Below, in pieces: positions 36,485 to 44,614 of a stretch of DNA of 64,000 bases. Numbering within the stretch: position 1 is the first letter of the stretch; each line of letters opens with the position of its first letter. The stretch comes from a bacterium. GTDB taxonomy: Bacteria; Patescibacteriota; Minisyncoccia; Phycocordibacterales; CALRBL01. The translations under genes and the position numbers were made by a program. The stretch is from positions 1,244 through 65,243 of the forward strand of contig JAIYEG010000002.1 of the NCBI GenBank assembly GCA_027487075.1. The letters are read 5' to 3'. The notes below the pieces were generated by a model. That model made no database searches. It worked only from the letters and a program-made list of their open reading frames with translations, and was not told the DNA's origin.

Positions 36485-36949
36485 TCACACCCCCTCCGCA
36501 TTGCGGTAGGGGGTGGTTGAGGTGATTTTTGGTTTCTTGTGAAGAGCGTGCAGGAGTATGAATCCCGTGCGCACCTCACCGGTCTTGGTGTTGGTAATAG
36601 TGCATTCCGCCACCACAATGACTTCGCCAACAGAAGGACTGTCATCAAAAGCGAATGACTTTTTGAGGGGCATCATCCGGTCATTGATGAACGCGGTTAC
36701 ATCGCCGTTGCGTGCAACAACGAGTGCGGTCGTGGTGTGGAGCTTGATGATTCGATAAGAAAGAGAATCTTTCCGATCGGGCGGGTTGAGGAACTCCGTG
36801 TAAGCGCTCTCGTGGAGTACTATGGGAGGTACATCAAACTCCATGCCAGGAATGAGTTCGACTGTCGGTGTTGCTTCGGTGGCGAACGACGCCGAAGTAG
36901 TTGTCAGCATCGCGACAACAGCGCAAAAGATGGAAAGAGCAGTATTCAT
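36485..36949 (-). CDS. Predicted secreted protein, hypothetical
   Basis: 154 aa with a signal peptide. It is convergent with the DPBB gene. A GC hairpin (CCCCCTCCGCA/TGCGGTAGGGGG) overlaps its 3' end. Confidence 0.4.
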   Translation of the reverse strand: MNTALSIFCAVVAMLTTTSASFATEATPTVELIPGMEFDVPPIVLHESAYTEFLNPPDRKDSLSYRIIKLHTTTALVVARNGDVTAFINDRMMPLKKSFAFDDSPSVGEVIVVAECTITNTKTGEVRTGFILLHALHKKPKITSTTPYRNAEGV

Positions 36950-36970
36950 TCATCATAATTATACCATTTT

Positions 36971-38512
36971 TTATCTCAAAATCAAGCTCTTGCCCGTCAT
37001 GAAAGCAGGCTTATCTAGAGCCATCAAACCAAGCACCGTAGGAGCAAGGTCGGCAATTGTTCCAGACGCTGCAATGTGCGTAGCTGTTTTGTCGGAGCCA
37101 GCAAGAATGCAGGGAACAGGATTAATGGTGTGTGCAGTGTGCTTTTTGCCAGTCTCCTGATCAATATTTACTTCAGCATTGCCGTGGTCGGCGGTGACGA
37201 TAGCAACGCCTCCACGCGCGATAAGTGCATCGACGACACGGCCGAGCTGTGTGTCTGTTTCTTCGATGGCTTCGATGATGGCGGGAACATTTGCGGTATG
37301 TCCGACCATGTCAGGGTTTGCAAAGTTAATGAAAATAAAGTCAGTGCCGGCAGCAATTTCTTCGAGCGCTTTATCCGCTATGGCTTCTGCACGCATCTTT
37401 GGTGCGAGGTCGTGTGTAGCAACATCTTTGCGGCTATCAAGAAGAATGTGTTTCTCTTTTTCGTAGGGAGTTTCAACACCGCCATTCAAAAAGTATGTAG
37501 CATGAGGGAATTTTTCAGTCTCCGCGATGTGTGCTTGGCTCTTGCCTGCGTGCGCGATTTCTTTTGCGAGAGTGGTCTCAATAGCGAGCTTTGGAAACGC
37601 AATCTGCACGTGTTCTGCATCTGCTTTGTCGTATTCGGTGAGGGTGACATAGCACAAATTGCGTGATGTTTTCTGGTCACTGATTTTCTTTGAGAGCATG
37701 CGTGCCCGGTCAGAACGGAAATTGAAAAAGAAAATACCGTCATTGTCTTCGACTTTGTATGATGCGCCATTGCTGTCGAGAAAGACAATTGGCTCGATAT
37801 GTTCATCGAGCATTCCAGCAGCATAGAGTTCTTCGAGGACTTCTGATGGAGTCTGACCGCTTTTGGTGTGGCCTTTGCCGTGAAAGATGGCGTCTTCTGC
37901 CTTTGCGAGACGATCCCAGTTGTTGTCACGGTCCATGGCATAGAAACGGCCGGACATGGTAGCGATAAAGCCGATACCCACTTCTTCAAGCACGCTTTCA
38001 ATTTCTTTGAGATACGATGCTGCGCTTTGTGGAGGCACATCTCGACCATCGGTGAAGACATGAAGAGCGAGTTTTTCGACGCCAGCATTCTTTGCAGCTT
38101 TGAGAAATGCAATAAGATGATCTTGATGGCTATGCACTCCTCCTTTAGATACAAGACCCTTCACATGAAGTGTCGAATTATATTCCTTCACATGATTGAA
38201 AAGGGAAATAAATGCGGGATTCTGTGCAAATGCACCACTGTCGATTGCTTTTGCAATACGCACGAGGTCAGTATCAAGGGCGCGTCCTGCACCGATGGTG
38301 GTGTGGCCGATTTCTGAGTTGCCCATCTGACCATCGGGAAGTCCTACTGCAAGTCCTGATGCTTCAAGAAGTGTGTGTGGGTAGGTATTCCAATAGCGAT
38401 CAAAATTCGGGGTTTTTGCCTGAGCAACGGCGTTGTCCTTGCTGTCTTCGCGGTATCCCCAGCCATCGAGCACAATGAGGGCGGTCTGAGTCGCAGTTTG
38501 TGTTTTTGTCAT
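36971..38512 (-). CDS. gpmI: 2,3-bisphosphoglycerate-independent phosphoglycerate mutase
   Basis: 513 aa. It has 'LIVLDGWG', 'MGNSEIGHTTIGAGR' and 'TADHGN' iPGM motifs. Confidence 0.9.
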   Translation of the reverse strand: MTKTQTATQTALIVLDGWGYREDSKDNAVAQAKTPNFDRYWNTYPHTLLEASGLAVGLPDGQMGNSEIGHTTIGAGRALDTDLVRIAKAIDSGAFAQNPAFISLFNHVKEYNSTLHVKGLVSKGGVHSHQDHLIAFLKAAKNAGVEKLALHVFTDGRDVPPQSAASYLKEIESVLEEVGIGFIATMSGRFYAMDRDNNWDRLAKAEDAIFHGKGHTKSGQTPSEVLEELYAAGMLDEHIEPIVFLDSNGASYKVEDNDGIFFFNFRSDRARMLSKKISDQKTSRNLCYVTLTEYDKADAEHVQIAFPKLAIETTLAKEIAHAGKSQAHIAETEKFPHATYFLNGGVETPYEKEKHILLDSRKDVATHDLAPKMRAEAIADKALEEIAAGTDFIFINFANPDMVGHTANVPAIIEAIEETDTQLGRVVDALIARGGVAIVTADHGNAEVNIDQETGKKHTAHTINPVPCILAGSDKTATHIAASGTIADLAPTVLGLMALDKPAFMTGKSLILR

Positions 38513-38591
38513 GGGTGTATTATAACGTATTTTGAATCCCCGATGAACAAGGGCACAATGCCTACGAGAAAGGGTAAGAGTTTAAGATATT

Positions 38592-38747
38592 ATGATGGGA
38601 AATTTTACTAACCTTCAGCTCCAAGCTGATGATGAGAAGTCCGCCGCGGATTCGTGGTTCTGGACCATCTTCATTCTTTTGGTGGTTGCCGTGCTGGGCA
38701 TCATGAGTTACCTGAGCGACATCAAGCTCGTGGAGGTGATCAAATGA
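38592..38747 (+). CDS. Small single-TM peptide (51 aa), hypothetical
   Basis: This short ORF ends in an ATGA overlap with the next small ORF. Confidence 0.3.
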   Translation: MMGNFTNLQLQADDEKSAADSWFWTIFILLVVAVLGIMSYLSDIKLVEVIK

Positions 38748-38941
38748 AGACCTGGGTAATCCAAGTTATCAAGAAGCTTCCACGTCGGTGGCATACGCTC
38801 TTGGTTGGCCCGATTATCATGGCGCTCATGTGCTTCTTGCTCGGAGCGACCGCAGCAGTGTGGGCTATCCTTTGCTCGATCGGCTTGGCAGCGAGCTGGC
38901 TTTTTCGCAAGAGCGAAATCAAGTCGATCGATGGGCCGTAA
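38744..38941 (+). CDS. Small two-TM membrane peptide (65 aa), hypothetical
   Basis: 'MKTWVIQVIKKLPRRWHTLLVGPIIMALMCFLLGATAAVWAILCSIGLAASWLF'. A strong terminator follows. Confidence 0.35.
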   Translation: MKTWVIQVIKKLPRRWHTLLVGPIIMALMCFLLGATAAVWAILCSIGLAASWLFRKSEIKSIDGP

Positions 38942-38945
38942 AAAA

Positions 38946-38978
38946 CCCCGCGCCATCACGGCGCGGGGTTCCTTTGTT
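38946..38978 (+). terminator. Rho-independent terminator
   Basis: CCCCGCGCC-ATCAC-GGCGCGGGG followed by TTCCTTTGTT. Confidence 0.7.
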
Positions 38979-39200
38979 CTTGGTTTACACAAATATTTGG
39001 TATTATATCTCAGGGAAGTATCTTAGAGCGTACGAGCATCTAGACTCTCGACCCGTGTGCGAATTTATGCGTCAGGATGAAATTCCTGAGCAACCGGACG
39101 TTGTCGCACCACGTGTGCTTCGCCAGTCTTATCGATTCAGCGAGGTTTGGCTGGCGAATCTGGATAAGCTCGTAAACGTCACGCTCACAACGGTGGACCC

Positions 39201-39248
39201 AAAAAGCCCACATCAACCCAATGAGGATAAAGGATGATGTGGGCTTTT
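39201..39248 (-). terminator. Rho-independent terminator downstream of eno
   Basis: Hairpin GCCCACATCA...TGATGTGGGC with an A5 run on plus (T-run on minus) after the eno stop. Confidence 0.6.
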
Positions 39249-39262
39249 GCTGTGGAAGGCTG

Positions 39263-40570
39263 TTATGCCTTGAATGCACCTTTTCCAGCAAACACCGCTT
39301 TCTTTCCAAGCGCTTCTTCGATGCGAAGGAGTTCGTTGTATTTTGCAACACGTTCTGAACGGCAGAGTGATCCGGTCTTGATCTGTCCGCATCCGAGTCC
39401 GACCACGAAGTGTGAGATGGTAGTGTCTTCGGTTTCTCCTGAGCGGTGTGACACCACTGCGGTCATACCAGCCTTGTGAGCCATCTTGATGGCGTCGATA
39501 GTTTCAGACACCGTTCCGATCTGATTGAGCTTGATAAGAATCGAGTTCCCAGCCTTTTCATTGATTCCTCGTTCAAGTCGCTTGATGTTGGTCACGAAGA
39601 GGTCGTCTCCCACGATCTGCACTTTCTTTCCAATGTTCTTGGTCATGAGCTTCCAACCATCCCAGTCATCTTCTGAAAATCCGTCTTCGATAGACACGAT
39701 AGGATACTTCTGAAGCCACTTTGAATAGAATTCCACCATCTCAGCTGATGAAAGCTTTCGTTTCTCGCTGGCGAGATCGTAGATGCCAACACCGTTTTCT
39801 TGCTTGTACAGCTCAGTTGCTGCACCATCGATGGCGATAGCAATATCTTTTCCTGGCTTGTATCCCGCAGCTTGTGCTGCTTCGAGGATCACCTCGATAG
39901 CCGCTTCGTTTGAAGGAAGAGAAGGAGCAAAACCTCCTTCATCTCCCACTGAGGTGTTGAGTCCTCGCTTGTGAAGGATTTTCTTGAGAGCGTGGAATAC
40001 CTCGGTTCCCATCTGAAGCGCCTGTGAGAAATTTTTGGCACCAACGGGCATCACCATGAATTCCTGAAGGTCGGTAGACTGTTCTGCATGCTTTCCGCCG
40101 TTCAAGATATTCATCATCGGAAGAGGAAGTGACATAGGCTTTCCGGTCTTCGCGATCTTTGCAAAGTATTTGTAAAGAGGAATGCCTTCAGCGGCTGCTG
40201 CGGCGTGTGCGAAGGCGAGGGATACGCCAAGAATAGCATTTGCTCCGAGCTTTCCTTTGTTTTCTGTGCCATCGAGCTCGATCATCTTGTCATCGAGGCT
40301 CTTCTGGTTGAAAGCTTTATTCTTGAGAGACTTCGAGATCATGGTGTTCACGTTGGTAACGGCTTTCACTACACCCTTTCCTCCGTAGCGTGTTCCGCCG
40401 TCTCGAAGCTCGATTGCTTCGTGAGAACCAGTCGAAGCTCCGGAAGGGACGGCAGCTCGTCCGCGCACCTCCTTTCCTTTGCCGTCTTTAAGGATAACGT
40501 CTACTTCGACTGTCGGATTGCCGCGCGAATCGAGGATCTCTCGTCCAATGATGTTTTTGATTGTATGCAT
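39263..40570 (-). CDS. eno: Enolase (phosphopyruvate hydratase)
   Basis: 435 aa with the classic N-terminus '[19 protein letters not shown]' and C-terminal '[12 protein letters not shown]'. Confidence 0.9.
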   Translation of the reverse strand: MHTIKNIIGREILDSRGNPTVEVDVILKDGKGKEVRGRAAVPSGASTGSHEAIELRDGGTRYGGKGVVKAVTNVNTMISKSLKNKAFNQKSLDDKMIELDGTENKGKLGANAILGVSLAFAHAAAAAEGIPLYKYFAKIAKTGKPMSLPLPMMNILNGGKHAEQSTDLQEFMVMPVGAKNFSQALQMGTEVFHALKKILHKRGLNTSVGDEGGFAPSLPSNEAAIEVILEAAQAAGYKPGKDIAIAIDGAATELYKQENGVGIYDLASEKRKLSSAEMVEFYSKWLQKYPIVSIEDGFSEDDWDGWKLMTKNIGKKVQIVGDDLFVTNIKRLERGINEKAGNSILIKLNQIGTVSETIDAIKMAHKAGMTAVVSHRSGETEDTTISHFVVGLGCGQIKTGSLCRSERVAKYNELLRIEEALGKKAVFAGKGAFKA

Positions 40571-40604
40571 AGACTGGCATTATATATGGTGACTGAAAAA
40601 ATAC

Positions 40605-40645
40605 AAAAAAAGCCTCCGTCGCGTTTGCGACGGAGGTCTTTGTTG
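40605..40645 (-). terminator. Rho-independent terminator for the 40662-41021 gene
   Basis: CCTCCGTCG-CGTTTG-CGACGGAGG with an A7 run on plus, which is a T7 run on minus. Confidence 0.65.
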
Positions 40646-40661
40646 AGGGGGTTGGTGTTCT

Positions 40662-41021
40662 TCAGTTGACGGGTATCACTTCCAAACCCGCTGGGCGAAT
40701 CTTCACTTTGAAACGGCTTTCTACCGGCATGTCAGTGATCTGCGGGAAAATCGCGTGATCGCTGGCTAGGATAGTATAGCGTTTCGCGGGCGAGACAATC
40801 CCTTCGATGGTCGGGTACTTCGCGAGGTGCTCGCGATAGCTCACGACGCTGAATCCTTTGTCAACGAACTGGCGTTGAGCCTCGATCGTGAACGTGCGGC
40901 TTTCAAGATCCGGCGGCAAGGTGTTCGCAAGCCAGATTGTCGGATCGGGCTTGAGATAGAGGCCGGCAGCAAAGGAGGCGAGGATGATGATGGACGTTAC
41001 GATGAATGTGCGTGCTTTCAT
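40662..41021 (-). CDS. Small membrane-anchored or secreted protein, hypothetical
   Basis: 119 aa with an N-terminal TM or signal segment. Confidence 0.4.
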   Translation of the reverse strand: MKARTFIVTSIIILASFAAGLYLKPDPTIWLANTLPPDLESRTFTIEAQRQFVDKGFSVVSYREHLAKYPTIEGIVSPAKRYTILASDHAIFPQITDMPVESRFKVKIRPAGLEVIPVN

Positions 41022-41089
41022 TTCACTGTGAAAATATCATTGATTTTTTGCGTGGTCAATGGATATGAAAAAGTAAAAAATGCTACTAT

Positions 41090-41641
41090 ATGAGCATGCC
41101 TGAAACATCAAAAAACAAATGGATTGCGGTGGTGGTAGCCCTCGTTATCGTCGCTCTTTTCTTTGGAGCATTTTTTATTTATTCATTTACAAACAAGTCG
41201 CCTAGCATGACTGATACATCTCTTGAAACTCAGTCACAGCCAGTTGAGCCTGTAGACAGTTTGACTAATAATCCTAATTCGCTTACAACAACTACTATGA
41301 CAACAACACAAGAACCAACAAAGCTCGTGATCGAGGATGAGCGCATCGGAACAGGTGCTGAAGCAAAGGCTGGCCAGCAGGTATCAGTAAATTATGTCGG
41401 AACCCTTACCGATGGAACAAAGTTCGACAGCTCATATGACCGCGGTGAACCAATCGTCTTTACGCTCGGAGTCGGACAGGTGATCCAGGGATGGGATCAG
41501 GGACTTCTCGGTATGAAAGTCGGTGGAAAGCGAAAGCTTGTCATCCCGTCTGACATGGCATACGGAGCACGCGGAGCAGGAAATATCATCCCACCTAATG
41601 CAGCGCTTGTATTTGAAGTCGAATTGGTCGGAGTAAAATAA
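41090..41641 (+). CDS. Membrane-anchored FKBP-type peptidyl-prolyl cis-trans isomerase
   Basis: It has an N-terminal TM helix, a Thr-rich linker and the FKBP domain ('[24 protein letters not shown]', '[20 protein letters not shown]'). Confidence 0.8.
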   Translation: MSMPETSKNKWIAVVVALVIVALFFGAFFIYSFTNKSPSMTDTSLETQSQPVEPVDSLTNNPNSLTTTTMTTTQEPTKLVIEDERIGTGAEAKAGQQVSVNYVGTLTDGTKFDSSYDRGEPIVFTLGVGQVIQGWDQGLLGMKVGGKRKLVIPSDMAYGARGAGNIIPPNAALVFEVELVGVK

Positions 41642-41655
41642 TTTAGAAAAGAAAA

Positions 41656-41688
41656 GCAATGCGACGTGCGTCGCATTGCTTTTTTTCT
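41656..41688 (+). terminator. Rho-independent terminator
   Basis: GCAATGCGACG-TGC-GTCGCATTGC followed by T7. Confidence 0.7.
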
Positions 41689-41712
41689 TGGTGAATTGGC
41701 GGTGTTTCGGAT

Positions 41713-41991
41713 TTAGAGGTTGAGCGCGGTGTGAGCAGCTCGAATCATGTCCCATTGTTCTGGTGTGATACCACATGCCCCAGGATCACAGGCCATGAGG
41801 TGCTTTTTCAGTTCAGAGTGTTCGTAATCTGCTGTATTTGCCAGCCACCATCGAGGGGGATTTCCTTTTTTGATGGCAAACCTCATGCATGTGGGTTTAT
41901 TCTTGCCGAAGATGACAATGTGAACGCCGCTAGAGCGTGAGGGTACGCCAACTTGGTAAATTATGCTAGGGTTGATTTTCGGAATATTCAT
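41713..41991 (-). CDS. Hypothetical protein
   Basis: 92-aa ORF with no family assigned. Confidence 0.3.
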   Translation of the reverse strand: MNIPKINPSIIYQVGVPSRSSGVHIVIFGKNKPTCMRFAIKKGNPPRWWLANTADYEHSELKKHLMACDPGACGITPEQWDMIRAAHTALNL

Positions 41992-42040
41992 GACTAAGGG
42001 TGCTTGAATTCTTGTTCATATAATCATATAACTGTAGTAC

Positions 42041-43258
42041 GTGCCAGCTATAACATTCACTATCAATAAAAAGCTCGAAGGTACGCTCGGACGTGCCGGA
42101 GTACTCGAAACAAAACACGGAAGTCTACAGACTCCGTGTTTTGTGACGGTCGGTACGAAGGCCGCTGTAAAAGCGGTGATACCAGAACAGGTAAAAGATA
42201 CCGGTGCTCAAGTGGTGCTTTCAAACACGTACCATTTATATCTTCAGCCAGGTCACGAACGTATCGAGAAAGCTGGTGGGCTCGGCAAATTCATGAATTG
42301 GCAAGGCCCCACCATGACCGACTCGGGAGGTTTTCAGGTGTTCTCACTCGGTTCTGCATATGGAAAGGGAATTGGAAAGCTTCTCAAGCCCTCAACCGAA
42401 CCTATTCTTTCTGCTGCTCCTGAAGATGCAAAGCCGAAGCTCGTCGACATCGACCATGATGGTGCGATGTTTCGTTCGCACCTGGATGGATCCGCACACT
42501 ACTTCACGCCAGAAAAGTCGATCGAGATCCAGCATGCGATCGGCGCCGACATGATTTTTGCGTTCGATGAGTGCACCTCTCCTATGGAACCGTTCACCTA
42601 CCAGCGCCAAGCGCTTGATCGAACACATCGTTGGGGAAAGCGCAGCTTGGAATATCACAAGAGCAAGCCGATTTCTGAAGTGCAGGCATTGTTTGGAATC
42701 GTGCAAGGAGGACGTCACGAAGAGTTGCGTAAAGAAAGCGCGAAGGTGACTGCGGAGACGGTCGCTTCAAATGGCGAAGGCTTTGATGGGTTCGGTATTG
42801 GGGGATCGTTTGCAAAAGAGGATATGGAAACTGCGGTGCGTTGGGTGAATGAGATTCTCCCTGAAGAAAAGCCTCGACACCTTCTTGGTATTGGCGAGCC
42901 TGAAGATCTTTTTATGGCTGTTGAGAATGGGTGTGATCTCTTTGATTGCACTGGTCCCACACGTCTTGGTCGCACGGGAACGGTCTACACCAGCACTGGT
43001 AAGATGCATCTTCACAATGCGGAGTTTCGTGATGATTTTACGAAGCTCGATGCTGCCTGCGATTGCTATACCTGCACCAACTATACGCGTGCATACCTCT
43101 CACATCTATTCCATGCAAAGGAAATGGAGGCAGGAACCCTCGCTTCAATTCATAACATCCATTTCATTGTGAATCTTGTTGATCGTATGCGTGAGGGAAT
43201 CCTCGATGGGACATTCCATGCGATCAAAGAAAATTTTTTGAAAAAGTATAAGGGATAA
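42041..43258 (+). CDS. tgt: Queuine tRNA-ribosyltransferase
   Basis: It has a TIM barrel ('LQTPCFVTVGT', 'DSGGFQV') and the Zn motif 'CDCYTCTNYTRAYLSHL'. Confidence 0.9.
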   Translation: MPAITFTINKKLEGTLGRAGVLETKHGSLQTPCFVTVGTKAAVKAVIPEQVKDTGAQVVLSNTYHLYLQPGHERIEKAGGLGKFMNWQGPTMTDSGGFQVFSLGSAYGKGIGKLLKPSTEPILSAAPEDAKPKLVDIDHDGAMFRSHLDGSAHYFTPEKSIEIQHAIGADMIFAFDECTSPMEPFTYQRQALDRTHRWGKRSLEYHKSKPISEVQALFGIVQGGRHEELRKESAKVTAETVASNGEGFDGFGIGGSFAKEDMETAVRWVNEILPEEKPRHLLGIGEPEDLFMAVENGCDLFDCTGPTRLGRTGTVYTSTGKMHLHNAEFRDDFTKLDAACDCYTCTNYTRAYLSHLFHAKEMEAGTLASIHNIHFIVNLVDRMREGILDGTFHAIKENFLKKYKG

Positions 43259-43313
43259 GGTAGTGTGGGGTAAAACCTTAACCTCTAACCAAAGAAAGGA
43301 AATTGTTCATAAT

Positions 43314-43813
43314 ATGAGTCTTGAAATTGAAAGGAAGTTTCTCTTCATCAATTTTGATGAAGTGCTTCCTCGTGCCACATCTTTCGTCGACATCGAACAG
43401 ACGTATCTTAGTTGTGGTGATGAAACTGACGTCGAGTGTCGGGTAAGGAAGGTGACCTCACAAACTGGTGAAGTAACATTTACCTACACGGAAAAAAGGA
43501 AAACCCCAAAAGAGGGTAAGAGGGAAGAGGATGAAATCTCTATCATTAGTGATCAGTATGTGAAGTATCTGAGAAGCCAGGATCCAATGCGCAGACCATT
43601 CAAAAGCGTCGCTACTTGGTAACTCAGAATCTAAATGTGCTGGAAATTGATGTCTATGAGGGTCGACTTAGCGGGCTCGTCGTGCTTGAGGTGGAGTTTC
43701 AGAATAGCGAAGAGTCGGTACAGTTTGTTCCACCACCCGAGTTCAATCTCATTGAAGTTACGGGTGACAAACGCTACTCGAATAAGCAGCTCGCAAGGAA
43801 TGGTCTTCCTTAG
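43314..43813 (+). pseudogene. CYTH-domain (triphosphate tunnel metalloenzyme) gene interrupted by a frameshift near 43585-43615
   Basis: The N-terminal frame gives the CYTH hallmark 'EIERKFL'. The downstream frame, which is shifted, continues with the CYTH 'KRRYLV...LEIDVYEG...VLEVEF' motifs. The two ORFs, 43263..43622 and 43616..43813, together equal one CYTH domain of about 180 aa. Confidence 0.6.
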
Positions 43814-43823
43814 CATTGAGCAA

Positions 43824-43862
43824 AAACAAGCGCCGGCGGAGTGAATCCGCCGGCGCTTTTTT
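43824..43862. terminator. Bidirectional rho-independent terminator
   Basis: GCGCCGGCGGA-GTGAA-TCCGCCGGCGC flanked by A-rich and T6 runs. Confidence 0.7.
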
Positions 43863-44285
43863 GTGAGACATTAGGGTCTTAGGCGGGTTCTCCCACTAGG
43901 AAACCCCATCCGCTCGCTTTTCCATAGAATGGGCAAAGGAGGTATTCTGTTTTGTTTTCCCGAACGACCATTGTCGATATGTGATGGCTTGAGGCGGTGT
44001 TCCGGTACGCAGCTATAGGGCGATGCAGAAGAAGCTCTCTTCTTTCCCACCCAAGTCGCTTTATAGCGGGGGCAACACAGAGTAGACTTTCGGTGCTCTC
44101 ATGTTCAAAATGGTATTGGAGAGCGAGAGATGTGATATCGGCGATATCCCACACTCCTTTTCCTACAATGATCATCATCCTCCTCCTGCCTTTGGATCCG
44201 AAGCAGCCAAGGTCGGTTGTAATAAAAGAACTCATGATGACTACCATAGAGTAATCATGAGCTAATATCAAGAAAATGTATAAAT

Positions 44286-44320
44286 AAAAAACAGCGGGCG
44301 GAGAGTGTATCTCCGCCCGC
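44286..44320 (-). terminator. Rho-independent terminator for the small minus-strand gene
   Basis: GCGGGCGGAGA-GTGT-TCTCCGCCCGC with an A6 run on plus. Confidence 0.6.
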
Positions 44321-44338
44321 GACGTTCTGATCCTGGAT

Positions 44339-44539
44339 TCACGTTTGGTAAATGTGGTTGGTCCACCGCGGAATCGGGTAAATTGTGCCCCGTGGTGGTT
44401 GGGGCAACTTCCTGCTTCTCTTGAATCGATGACGAATTTGATCGAAGAAAGATTCACCAGGAATTTCATCCAGCGACGGGACATCATGGTCGGGGTCAAG
44501 CTCGAACTCATTTTTCCAGGCACGCGGAATTTCGATCAT
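44339..44539 (-). CDS. Small hypothetical protein (66 aa)
   Basis: A strong RBS (AAAGGAGAG) lies 6 nt before the ATG. A terminator lies downstream. Confidence 0.45.
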   Translation of the reverse strand: MIEIPRAWKNEFELDPDHDVPSLDEIPGESFFDQIRHRFKRSRKLPQPPRGTIYPIPRWTNHIYQT

Positions 44540-44614
44540 AGAACTCTCCTTTCTTTTGGCTAAGGGTTAAGGGCTTACCATGACAATACCACTCATATAC
44601 GCTATTATCAATCC

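Noticed and set aside
38788-39237. 149-aa plus-strand ORF spanning the gpmI-eno intergenic region
   Set aside because: It runs through two better-supported small membrane ORFs in other frames, through a strong rho-independent terminator, and into the eno terminator. It has an alternative (non-ATG) start and no domain.
44195-44212. SRP-RNA-like motif GATCCGAAGCAGCCAAGG
   Set aside because: It resembles the 4.5S RNA domain-IV 3' strand (GGAAGCAGCCAAGG). The expected GNRA apex and complementary 5' strand (…GGUCC GGAA…) are absent, and no enclosing helix could be folded by eye. It needs Infernal to settle.
44330-44400. tmRNA-like 5' end (…CTGATCCTGGATTCACG… resembling GGGGCUGAUUCUGGAUUCGACG)
   Set aside because: No matching tRNA-like 3' end (GGTTCGAxTCC…CCACCA) was found within 300-400 nt on either strand. 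The similarity lies within or next to a small protein-coding gene.
43879-44523. 214-aa minus-strand ORF
   Set aside because: It reads through the well-supported 66-aa gene (44339..44539) in another frame and through its terminator hairpin. Its translation is low-complexity with no motif. I kept the region as unannotated or candidate RNA.
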